A stretch of 61,956 nucleotides of DNA, counting the filler, from Sluysia triapertura (Eukaryota): the NCBI GenBank assembly GCA_046118255.1. It is 5 parts of 5 records of this genome, joined end to end, with 100 filler letters (N's around TTAATTAATTAA, not from the genome) between each part and the next. Parts side by side here need not be neighbours in the genome. Positions count along the whole stretch, not along the records: positions 1 to 10,801 come from JBJNIA010193272.1; 4 more parts are not named here. One strand, given 5' to 3'. This document shows positions 1 to 10,901 of this stretch, piece after piece. A program made the translations under genes and the position numbers. Below the pieces are notes generated by a model, which saw only the letters and a program-made list of their open reading frames with translations, was not told the DNA's origin and did no database searches. Each line of letters starts with the position of its first letter. Within the stretch, counting starts at the first letter, position 1.

Positions 1-623
1 TGAACTTCTTATTCATCTCCTCATGTAGGCCGTCTCTGGTGATAACGAGGTCGCGTAGAGTTTCTCTATCTACTTGTTGACCATCTATTACAGAGGCGAC
101 ATTTGCTATTTTTACTGCAGAAACACGAGAATAGGCTTTTTCAAAAATCCCACTAGTAATCAGCTAGCAGCAGCTGTCTCCTCTGTACCTTCAACATTTC
201 CTCTACCTTCTTTGGATGAAGTTCTCTTTCTACTTTCTGAATTTATTGGAACCTCTTTTTTACATAATCAATTAATTCCTTTTCCAGCCATCGACCCATT
301 CAGTGATTTAAAAAAAATAAGTGGAAAATTCAAAATTGATTTCTTGACATGATGCAAAGCTTTACTCATACAGCCTTCACCACGCGATAGTTGGTGCCTA
401 ACTGAGAGTTCTGTGAGTGTTCGCTGCTGCACGTATCCATTGTTCTTTACATTTCCGTGTTAGAACTCTAGTGGTATAGCGTCTATATTCTGGACCAATC
501 TCTTAGTTGCTTTCACGTCACTTTTAAACGAATCCTTATTGAACTTCCTAATCTTGCTGTAACCCACATTGGGAGCCACTGTACTAGTGAGCGACTTTAA
601 ACAGATCTCTTATATTTTATGTT

Positions 624-1028
624 TTAAATGCTCTGTTTATAGCTTGATTTGGACTGTTTATTGGATCCGATTGTTATCTCATTTGTATTATAATTAAGAA
701 TTACAGAAATGGTTTCAAAAATGGCATTCTTATCAACAATGTCCTGTTGACTCTCCGTTTCATCAGCAATATGTGCATTGATGTTGACTGTTCTGTGTTC
801 AGAATTATGGACACGCCAGAGTTTCCCCGAGTCTGTCCATGAGAGATTTGGATTTGTTATCTGAGTGACATCGATAGGTCTCTTATATACATTGATTAAG
901 AGGATTTTACCATCAGACCCCCAATAGAGGGTTTTCCACGACAGTGCGTCGTCCGAATTATTCTCACTCTCGCCTTCCTTACCAATGGGTTTCAGAGGCG
1001 CTTTACTGTCAATTCCACTGCTTTTCAC
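624..1028 (-). other. 134-aa ORF of unknown significance
   Basis: Open frame in the ORF track; non-ATG (GTG) start; no recognisable motif. Confidence 0.15.
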
Positions 1029-2734
1029 TTGTGAAATACTGAGCCTAAAGTGACCTTAAAGAAGGCAATCAGTATTGGACCAGTGACCTCGGTCATTACG
1101 AATAAATCATTATAAAAGCCCAGCTGAGCTCCATTCTGTTAAGACCTTGATTGCTTTACTTATATAAGGATAGTATAGCACGAACGGTATTCATGGACAT
1201 TAAATAGGTGTTTAATAGTGTTCTAAAGTTTGGTCACTATTCAATGCAGCCTTTTGCCATTGCATGAAAATACATGGAAACCTTGCTACTAATAGCATAA
1301 GAATACGAGATTAATCACGCTGTACGCTAAATGTTTAGGAATGATGAGTGCTTGAAGTAAACACTGATAAAATAATTATTTCATTAATTTAATTACAACT
1401 CTATAATTAAGTCTCACCATGCTTGATGCATTTAGTCACGATAACTGGTGTGTAACTACCCCAGTATTAAATCGTTGCATCCTATCACTGCACATAAAAG
1501 TAGCTATGTTTGGCGACAAAATGGTGTGTTAACGCTGCGCTGTGACGATGTTGCTTTGCATTGCGTACAACAAAAAAACTGCTTCTGTTGCATATTTTGT
1601 ACAGAACAGCTGACGTGTTTCAAACGGACGCTAAAGAGTTGAACTTTGAAGTGAATGCCGAGAACTTAAGCTTCTAAAACTACAACGTTCAAGGAAGGAG
1701 GGGAGCTTGTTGTCAACGAAGATATAAGATTAAAGTAACTAATAAGCTTACGCTAGTACAGCTGTAATGCCAAAGAAACAAGTAATACTACACTAAAGCT
1801 GTAATATAAAAGAAAATAACAGCTTACAGTTACTACAGCTAAAATATACAAGAATTATTTCAGCATTGAATCAATTTTACATCAGTTCTCACAGATAGCA
1901 GCATATGACAGCTATAGTAGCTGACAATACGTTATCTGTCAGCATGACATTCTCCACACATGAATGTCTAAACAGTTTGCGTCATTCACCGTGATAGTCT
2001 TCAGTGATTCTGCATGTCTCTCAGCGTCAATAACGAGATTTGCTTACATCAGCATGACAGTTTGTGGCGAGGTAGCAAGAAACAGCACGACAGTCAGCAG
2101 GGTGCTTTGTTGAGCCTATAATTACCACGCAGCTTCACTATCCTAGTCACCATACGGTGGGAACCGGTGAGCACGGCAGACGACACGTCAGCACTGCGGC
2201 TCTGTATCAATTAATTAATGATTTATTTATTAAGCTGTTCCATCAGACTTACCATTTATCATCCAAAATTGCAACATTTCTCCACTAATATTAGGTCAGA
2301 TCATAAACAGCAGAATAACAGGCAATTTTAGGTCAGTGATGAGCAATCCTCTAGAAACATGTTCAACATTAATGTTGAAATGCAATAATCAGACGCTAAA
2401 GTTGCCGTTACGAACATAACTCCCATTCAGTCTCAGCCGCGCGTACCTACACAAGTGCTGGAACAGCTGGTATCAACTTTCGTCTGAAGGTTCTGTTGTC
2501 TGTACTGTTGGCAGAGGAGGAGCTTGTAACGCAGAGGGCGGTGCATGGCGGTAACATAGTTTTCTGTAAGAACATCGACCAAGTCTCACCATGCCCTAAA
2601 AGTAGAAAATAATGAGTTACTAAGTTCATTCACGGCTTAGAACCTTCGTGCAGGCTTCTGCAGGTGATGCGCTAAAATTGGCGTATGATAAGACAACTTT
2701 AAAACTACGCACAGAAAACAACGGGCGTCCATTG

Positions 2735-3163
2735 TACCAGAGCATATGTACAGTAGTAGACCAGTTGTATAGTAACAGAGCATATGTACGGTACAAGAGC
2801 ATATATATATATATATAGTACCAGAGCATAAGTATAGCACCAGATAAGATGTTCAGTACCAAAGTATATGTATAGTACTAGAGCATAAGCAAAGTTCCAG
2901 CGCAAACGTACAGTAACAGAGTATCGTGATTGAACACATCTACACTGCCGTAGCGTATGCATAGTGCCGAAACATATGAATAATACTTTGGTATATGTAT
3001 GGTACCAGAACATATAAATAGTACCAGAGCCTATTATTGTAGCATAGCAAATCTATAGTATCAGAGCATATGTATACTGATAGAACATATGCATTGTAAC
3101 TATCTCTACAGTAAGATAGCAAATCTATAGTTCTAGAGCATATCTATAGTAACAGTGCATATT
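2735..3163 (-). repeat. Degenerate 19-bp minisatellite (copy in the left arm)
   Basis: Recurring AGAGCATATGTATAGTACC-like units; reverse complement of the array at 9518-10057. Confidence 0.85.
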
Positions 3164-3164
3164 T

Positions 3165-5067
3165 ATACTACAAGTACTGCACCCGTCCATCCCGAAGAAT
3201 ATATAAGCGTCCTGGTCCGCCATCGTGTATCCTCGCTGGAAGCAGTGTCTTGAATGGCTCGCCAGTCCGATTCTGGCGTGGCAGTCTCTACCTCATTTAG
3301 CGCAGATAAAGTCCGATGGTGCGATGATGGCCTGTAACTGATGCCTCGCTTTTCGGAGGTCACGATTGTCCCCGTGTAACTGGTTTCGAATCCCCTCACC
3401 CCACAAGACTCCCACTCGCACCGCCCGCAGCCAACCACAGCGGTCACCTGCTATCTGTTCCCATGACTAAAGGTCGATGCTGGTCGTCCTTATGTCACGC
3501 TTTACGACATCCTTAAAGCGCAACGTTGGAAGGCTAATCGGGCGCCGGCTCTCGGGGCTATTTCCCCTTACAGCATGTCTTTGGGAATGCGGCCATCCCG
3601 CATGCGATGAACATGACCCAGTAACCAGAGCCGAAGGTTGGCAAAGGAGGAAATGCTCGCTCAGTGTACCGGCTTGTCTCAGAACGGCAGCATTAGTGAC
3701 TCTGTCTTTCCACGTGATGCCAAGAATGCAAGGATGTTGAAGCATTCTAGTCGGTTCCCCTGCTCCTCGCACGCAGTCCAGGTTTCACTGCCGTATAAAA
3801 AAAGGATGCTTAAGACGCATGCTTGGTACACCTTGAGTTTGGTATTGAGAGTTAGTTAGTTGCTTGACCACACTCTATTGTTCAGTCTGGCCATTACACT
3901 GGCTGCTTTGAAGATCCTCCTGTCAATCTCGCTTCTGAGAGACCGGTTGCTGCCGATGGTGGAGCCGAGGTAGGTGAAATGTTCAGCAACTTCGAGCTGT
4001 TTGTCGTCGATGGTGATTGAGGGAGATACTGGGTCGTCTTGACCCAAGACGACGGTTTTCTTAAGGCTAATAGTCAAGCCGATCTCTCTGCACGCATGAG
4101 CGAAGCAGTCCAGCGGCTTCTGTATGGTGCTGAGCAAAGACATGCTTTCTGACAGAGCAGGAGGCCTTGCTGACATCAACTCTTGGCTGACACTTCTTCC
4201 TGACGAAGTATAATTTCTTAGGTCACGTTTTTAACCCAAGAGACGACCACTGAGTGCCTTGTGTCGCAGTCTGCACTGTGTACGCACTGGCATTGCACAC
4301 ACTGTTCAAGGAGCTACGTCTCGTGGTAACGAGGCCTAGTTGATGTCAGTGGTTCGATCTGGGGAACATCCATGAAGCTTTGTGGCACCGCTTGTTCCGG
4401 AAAAATGTGTTTGTTAAGCACAAGCATGGAAAGTAGCAGATTTCGAGCAGTTATTGGCCATTGTTGTTCACTTTTCCGATATCGTGGTGGCCCGGTACAG
4501 TAGGCCAGGAACCGTGATCTCAACAACCCTGGCATTGAAATCCTCCATGATGTAGACGTGTTCCGACAAGGGAATATTTCTGATGGTAACGTCCAGAAGT
4601 TCATAGAACTAGTCCTTGGTTTCTGGTGACGCTTAGAGTCTTGATGCGTAGATGCACACTAGGTTTGCAAAGCCAGATGAGGTTGAGAGACGGAGAGTAA
4701 GAATTCTCTCTGTGCCGCCGGACAGGGGTTCGTCCATGCGGAGCAAGACGTACCTGACGGCAAAGGCGACTCCGTGTTGTCTGGTATCTTCTAGGCTCTT
4801 TCCTTGCAGAAGAATGTGTAATGTTCCTCCTTCATTGAGCCGTTTTTCGAGGGGACGTGTCTCCTGTAGCGCTGCTATAACGAGGTTTAACCTGTGCTGT
4901 TAACTGCCGTCTTGCGAACGTCGTCAACTCTCTGAAGGTCATCTGAAAGTCCAGTGCACATTGCGCATACGTTAAAGCTTGCGATGCGAAGTGATGAAGA
5001 TTGCATTCACGTGAGACTGGAGTGACCAGTCCATGGCGCTGGTCTGGGCAAGTGAGCACTGAGGTCA
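3165..5067 (-). mobile_element. RTE-clade non-LTR retrotransposon, decayed, 5'-truncated and internally deleted (duplicate copy)
   Basis: ORF fragments LDCFAHACREIGLTISLKKTVVL, FTYLGSTI, ILGITWKDRVTNAAVL and LRFKDVVKRDI are typical of the RTE RT/thumb region. Endonuclease remnants lie at 4300-5000. Confidence 0.9.
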
Positions 5068-6342
5068 TGTACCGCTACGAAATGTACACGTGGGATGTTA
5101 ACTTTCCTGAAAGTTGGATGCCAACAAACACGTAAAAAGGCTGAGCCCTTAATTTCTCATGATAAATTTTGCAAACCTCATATGTTCAACGGTAACAGCA
5201 TTTCACACTCGATGAAATTCTGATGTGTTATTCATAATTTGAATTGCTGCAGCATTATGTTCATATTGATAGTACGTAAGAGAGCTAATTCATACAGCTG
5301 TCACGGTACCGATGCACGGTCGTGCGGGAAGTGTAACAGCGTAAAAAGCTCTACAACAGAAAAATAAAGAAAACAGTGGCCTTGAAATGGTGTTGCCGAG
5401 CAGCGACGCAGCGCTCACGCCATGAATTTGTGTTAAAATGTTGTACTTGTGAAATTAAGGATTTTGCAGGGAGAGGAAGTCGGGAATGAATAGCCGGGAA
5501 CACCTTGGTGACCAATACATCCGCTCGACGTCACATTTGAGGGAAATTTGTCACTTGCTGAGTTCTGTCCCAACGAGCGATGTATGAATCCGTCGAATCC
5601 TGAAAATGCGACTTTTTATGCCTCTGTAACACACGCACAGACCTCTGTGCACCCAAGTCGGTCCAGACCAACAAACCCCTGCGTCCATCATGTCTCGATG
5701 TGCAACGTGTCGTGAAGGGTGGTCTCTGGTTCTCTTCTAACAAAGCTACGTCGCACATCGGTCAGTCGGAACTCTTCGGTAAATAGACACGTCCCACGTA
5801 GTTCTTGTTGTTGTAGAAGTGATCGGGTGGCAAATTGATTGGTTGCATCCAGAACTCTATCGTGTAGCTTCCTGGAAAGAGTAACAGGTGAAACGTGACT
5901 CTGAGAGAGAGGTTGACGTACTGATGTCCTCTGCATTTTCCTCGCTAAGACGGACAATTATTAACAGACGCGCTCCCGGGCGTCACTACCTACTCTTTAC
6001 CTGTGCTTGTCTAGAGTCTAGAACCACTTCCCATAAGGAGGATGTCGAATAATTTGCGGTTGACTGTTTTGTTTCCTATCTGATTACCGTCCTCACCTCA
6101 TTGCTTCAACTAACTTTGTGTTCAGTGTTCATCCTGCACGCACGTAGAAACTTGTGTTTTGGAGGCCAACGAGTTCAGTCTTTGTTAGTAAACATTATTG
6201 ATTGATTGATTCCATACTAAGAGCTCCGGCGTTCACGTTGAGTACATGTTGGTGTACTGCACCGCCTGACTCTAAACTAGACTTGCAATATAAACGCTCA
6301 AGTTGCATAATTTACACCTGTTGGAGGTTTGATTACGTAACA
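5068..6342 (+). mobile_element. Possible solo LTR or other insertion at the inner breakpoint of the inverted duplication
   Basis: Begins TGTAC exactly where the left RTE copy stops and ends CGTAACA, with AATATAAA about 50 nt before the end. No matching TSD and no PBS seen. Confidence 0.3.
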
Positions 6343-6361
6343 ATGAGTCACTTCAAGCTCC

Positions 6362-6992
6362 TGAGCTGTGCATATGCTTTGGTGCTGTGCCCATGCTCTG
6401 GTACCTCAAATACGCTCCAGTTCTGTGCGGACTATCTGGTACAACACATACTATCTACGGCTGTGCATATGCTCTGGCACCACACGTGCGCTCTAGTGCA
6501 GTGCATATTCTCTGGTACTGTACATGCGTTCTAGTGCTGTTCATATGCTCTGGTACTGTACATGCGTTCTAGTGCTTGCTGTTCATATGCTCTGGTACTG
6601 TACATGCGTTCTAGTGCTGTTCATATGCTCTGGTACTGTACATGCGCTCTAGTGCTGTACATATTCCCTGCTACTGCGCTCTTGTACTATACATATGCTC
6701 TAGTACAAGTCGTATGTTCTAGTGCTATACATATGCTCTGGTACTATACATATACTCTAGTACTAGTCATATGCTGTGGTGTTATATATATATATATGCT
6801 CTAGTACTATTCATACGCTCAAGTACTAGTCATATTCTCTGGTGTTTTGTAAATGATCTGGTACTATATATACGCTCTGGTACTAGTCATATCCTCTGCT
6901 ACTATACATGCTCTACTGCCACACATATGCTCTGCTTCTGAATATATGCTCCGGTACTATCCATATGCTCTGGTTCTATAAATATGTACTGT
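6362..6992 (+). repeat. 19-bp minisatellite with 38-bp dimer higher-order structure
   Basis: Alternating CTGGTACTGTACATGCGTT / CTAGTGCTGTTCATATGCT units at 6512-6660, with degenerate CT(A/G)GTACTATACATATGCT units on either side. Confidence 0.9.
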
Positions 6993-9517
6993 AAATATAT
7001 AGTTGTCCTGTACCCAGAGAAGCACGCGCGTCGCTTGCGACCCGTGTTTCAAGGCCATAAAAAAGCAGGCCAGAGCTGTAATAGCTGAGGTGTGGTTAGT
7101 GCGAACTGCCGAGTGGTACTGTAATTAAGAGCAGTGCTGTCAATAAGAGCGTTGCTATTACTGACACCGTGCACGTACGAGGGCCGTAAGTTTGTACTTG
7201 TGGTGATGAGGGCTATAAACAGGTACTTTTTCTCTTGACCACTTTTCATGCCTGGCACTGTGCTCCTTCTGTGCAGAGGAAACGCTGGCCTAAAGTGGTG
7301 CAGGGGGCCTTCCGTACTACATCTTGCAGCTAACAACCTCGGGCAGACGAGTCTAGATGTAAGCTTGTTTATGGGAAGGACAACCCCAACCCGAACCAAA
7401 ACGCCGCTGCCTTGCGTCTTACTCACATATGAAAAAGGCTTTAAGAGTGAACCTCGAGGTAAAATCAGCAGCCGGAGTCCCCAAGGCGGCTGGATCTCAT
7501 CTCTGATATACTTCCGGCATCTCCTGTAGTCAAGTCGGATCCACATGTTATGCGTTGTATTCCTATGTGCTCAGTCTGCACAGCCGAGAGGGGGGTCAAG
7601 TGGTATGGGCGGCGCTGACCTCAGTGCTCACTGGCCCAGACCAGCGCCCTGGAGTGGTCACTCCCGTCTCACGTCATTGCAATCTTCATCACTTCGCATC
7701 GCGAGCTTTAACGTATGCACGATGTGCACTGGACTTTCAGGTGACCTTCAGAGAGTTGACGACGTTCGCAAGACTGCAGTGATTGTCAGAGAACAGCACA
7801 GGTAAACCTCGTTATAGCAGCGCTACAGGAGACACGTGCCCCCCGAAAACGGCTCAATGAAGGAGGAGCATTACACATTCTTCTGCCAAGGAAAGAGCCT
7901 GGAAGATACAAGACAACACGGAGTCGGCTTTGCCGTCATGAACGCTTTGCTCAGCATGGACGAACCCCTGTCCGGCGGCACAGAGAAAATTCTTACTCTC
8001 CGTCTCTCAACCTCATCTGGCTTTGCAAACCTAGTGTGCATCTACGCATCAAGACTCTAAGCGTCACCAGAAACCAAGGACAAGTTCTATAAACTTCTGG
8101 ACGTTACAATGAGAAATATTCCCTTGTCGGAACACGTCTACATCATGGGGGATTTCAATGCCAGGTTTTGAGCAGATCACGGGTCCTGGCCTACTGTACT
8201 CGGCCACCACGGCATCGGAAAAATGAACAACAATGGCCAATGACTGCTCGAAATCTGCTACTTTCAATGCTTGTGCTTAACAAACACATTTTCCCGGAAC
8301 AAGCGGTGCCACAAAGCCTCATGGGGGTACCCCAGATCGAACCACTGGCATCAAACAGGCCTCGTGATCACGAGACGTAGCTCCTTGATCAGTGTGTGCA
8401 ATGCCAGTGCGTACACAGTGCAGACTGCGACACAGGGCACTCAGTGATCGCCTCTTGGGTCGAAATCAGACCTAAGAAATTATACCTCGTCAGGAAGAAG
8501 TGTCAGTCAAGAGTTGATGTCAGCAAGGCCTCCTGCCCTGTCAGAAACCACGTCTTTGCTCAGCACCATACTGAAGCCGCTGGACTGCTTCGCTCATGCG
8601 TGCAGAGAGATCGGCTTGACTATCAGCATTAAGAAAACCGTCGTCTTGGGTCAAGACGTCCCAGTATCTCCCTCAATCACCATCGACGACAAACAGCTCG
8701 AAGTTACTGAACATTTGACCTACCTCGGCTCCACCATCGGCTGCAATCGGTCTCTCAGCAGCGAGATTGACAGGATGATCGTCAATGCTAGTGTAATGGC
8801 CAGACTGAACAAGAGAGTGTGGTCCAGCAACTAACTCACTCTCAATATCGAACTCAAGGTGTACCAAGCATACGTCTTAAGCACCCTTTTATACGGCAGT
8901 GAAACCTGGACTGCGTACGCGGAGCAGGGGAACCGCCTAGAATGCCTCAACATCCTTGCATTCTTGGCATCACGTGGAAAGACACAGTCACTAATGCTGC
9001 CGTTCTGAGACAAGCCGGTACACTGAGCAAGCATCTCCTCCTTTGCCAACCTTCGGCTCCGGTGGCTGGGTCATGTCCATCGCATGCGGGATGGCCGCAT
9101 TCCCAAAGACATGCTGAATGGGGAACTAGCCGCGAGCCGGCGCCTGATCTGCCTTCCAACGTTGCGCTTTAAGGATGTCGTAAAGCGTGACATAAGGGCG
9201 ACCAACATCGACCCCCAGTCATGAGAAAAGATAGCAGGTGACCGCTGTGGTTGGCTGCGGGCGGTGCGAGTGGGAGTCTAGCGAGGTGAAGGGATTCAAA
9301 ACCAGTTACACGGAGACAAACGTGACCTCCGAAAAGCAAGGCAGCAGCTACAGGCCATCATCGAACCATCGGACTTTATATGTGTTAAATGAGGTATAGA
9401 CTGCCACGCCAGATTCGGACTGGCGAACCATTCAAGACACTGCTTCCAGCGAGGATACACGATGGCGGACCAGGACGCTTATATATTCTTCGGGATGGAC
9501 GGGTGCCGTACTTGTAG
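6993..9517 (+). mobile_element. RTE-clade LINE with both ends retained, RT core deleted and reading frame broken
   Basis: ~650-nt 5' UTR. APE endonuclease motifs LRIASFNVCTM, HGVGFAV, VCIYA, MGDFNAR and HSADCDTGHS. RT C-terminal motifs GLTISIKKT, YLGSTI and LLYGSETW. 3' end GGATGGACGGGTGCCGTACTTGTAG. Flanked by a TSD: TATAAATATGTACTGT (6977-6992) / TATAAATATGCACTGT (9518-9533). Confidence 0.92.
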
Positions 9518-10801
9518 TATAAATATGCACTGTTACTACAGATATGCTCTAGAACTATGGATGTGCTATGGTACTGTAGAGATAGTTACTATGCATATGC
9601 TCTATCAGTATACATATGCTCTGGTACTATAGATTTGCTCTGCTACTATAATAGGCTCTGGTACTATTTATATGTTCTGGTACCATTCATATGCTATAGT
9701 ATTATTCATATGTTACGGCACTATGCATACGCTACGGCAGTGTAGATGTGTTCAATCACGATACTCTGTTACTGTACGTATGATCTGGAACTTTACATAT
9801 GCTCTAGTACTATTCACATGTTATTTTACTATACATATGGTCTGGTTCTATACATATGTCCATTTACTATACATATGATCAAGTACTATACATGTGCACT
9901 GCAGCTATACATATACTGTGGTACTGATCATCTCATCTGGTGCTATACTTATGCTCTGGTCCTATATATGCTCTACTACTGTACACATATTCTTGTACTA
10001 TTCATATGCTCTGGTTCTATACATCTGGTCTACCACTGTACCTATGCTCTAGTACAATGGACGCCCATTGTTTTCTGTGCGTTGTTTTAAAGTTGTCTTA
10101 TCATACGGCAATTTTAGCGCATCACCTGCCGAAGCCTGCACGAAGGTGCTATGCCGTGAATGAACTTAGTAACCCATTATTTTCCACTTTTGGGGATTGT
10201 GAGAGTTGGTCGATGTTCTTACAATAAACTATTTTACCGCCTTGCATCGCCCTCTGCGTTACAAGCTCCTCCTCTGCCAACAGTGCGCACAACAGAACTT
10301 TCATACGAAAGATGATACCAGCCGTTCTAGTGCTTGTGTAGGTACACGCGGCTGAGACTGAATTAGAGTGATGTTCGTAACGGCAACTTTAGCGTCTGGT
10401 TATTGCATTTGAACATTAATGTTGAACATGTTTCTAGAGGATTGCTCATCACTGATCTAAAATTGCCTGTTATTCTGATGTTTATAATCTGATCTACTTT
10501 TAGTGAAGAAATGTTGCAATTTTGGATGATAAATGGTAAGTCTGATGGAACAGCCTTATAAAAAAATCATTAATTAATTGATACAAAGCCGCAGTGCTGA
10601 CGTGCCGTCTGCCGTGCTCACCCGTTCCCACCGTATGATGACCAGGATGATAAAGCTGCGTTGTAATTGTAGGCTCAACAAAGCAGCCTGCTGACTGTCG
10701 TGCTGTTTCTTATTACCTCGCCACAACTGTCATGCTGATGGAAGGAAATCTCGTTATTGACGCGGAGAGACATGCAGAATCACTGAAGACTATCACGGTG
10801 A
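7616..10801 (+). repeat. Right arm of the inverted duplication (runs to the scaffold end)
   Basis: Reverse-complement match to 1986-5067, including the RTE, the minisatellite and ~750 bp of non-RTE flank. Confidence 0.95.
9518..10057 (+). repeat. 19-bp minisatellite, continuation after the RTE insertion
   Basis: Same CATATGCTCT(A/G)GTACTAT units as 6362-6992. Confidence 0.85.
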
Positions 10802-10901
10802 NNNNNNNNNNNNNNNNNNNNNNNNNNNNNNNNNNNNNNNNNNNNTTAATTAATTAANNNNNNNNNNNNNNNNNNNNNNNNNNNNNNNNNNNNNNNNNNN
10901 N
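10802..10901. other. Artificial scaffold spacer (N44 + TTAATTAATTAA + N44)
   Basis: Exactly 100 bp with a six-frame stop linker. Confidence 0.97.

Larger units (their letters stand above)
1986..5067 (-). repeat. Left arm of ~3.1-kb inverted segmental duplication
   Basis: 1986 TCACCGTGATAGTCTTCAGTGATTCTGCATG is the reverse complement of the scaffold end at 10801. The inner boundary GAGGTCA(5067) matches TGACCTC at 7616. Spot checks give about 90-97% identity. Confidence 0.95.

Noticed and set aside
1-600. Possible gag-like remnant on the minus strand (GKELIDYVKK)
   Set aside because: A single short motif in broken frames; insufficient evidence.
2626-3122. Tyr/Cys/Leu-rich ORFs (also 6387-6804 and 9557-10227)
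   Set aside because: Translations of the 19-bp minisatellite.
6362-6992. CRISPR-like regularly repeated short units
   Set aside because: Tandem degenerate monomers with no unique spacers, no cas genes, and a eukaryotic context.
10846-10857. TTAATTAATTAA palindrome repeated four times in the window
   Set aside because: Always centred in a 100-bp N block; it is an assembly linker, not biology.
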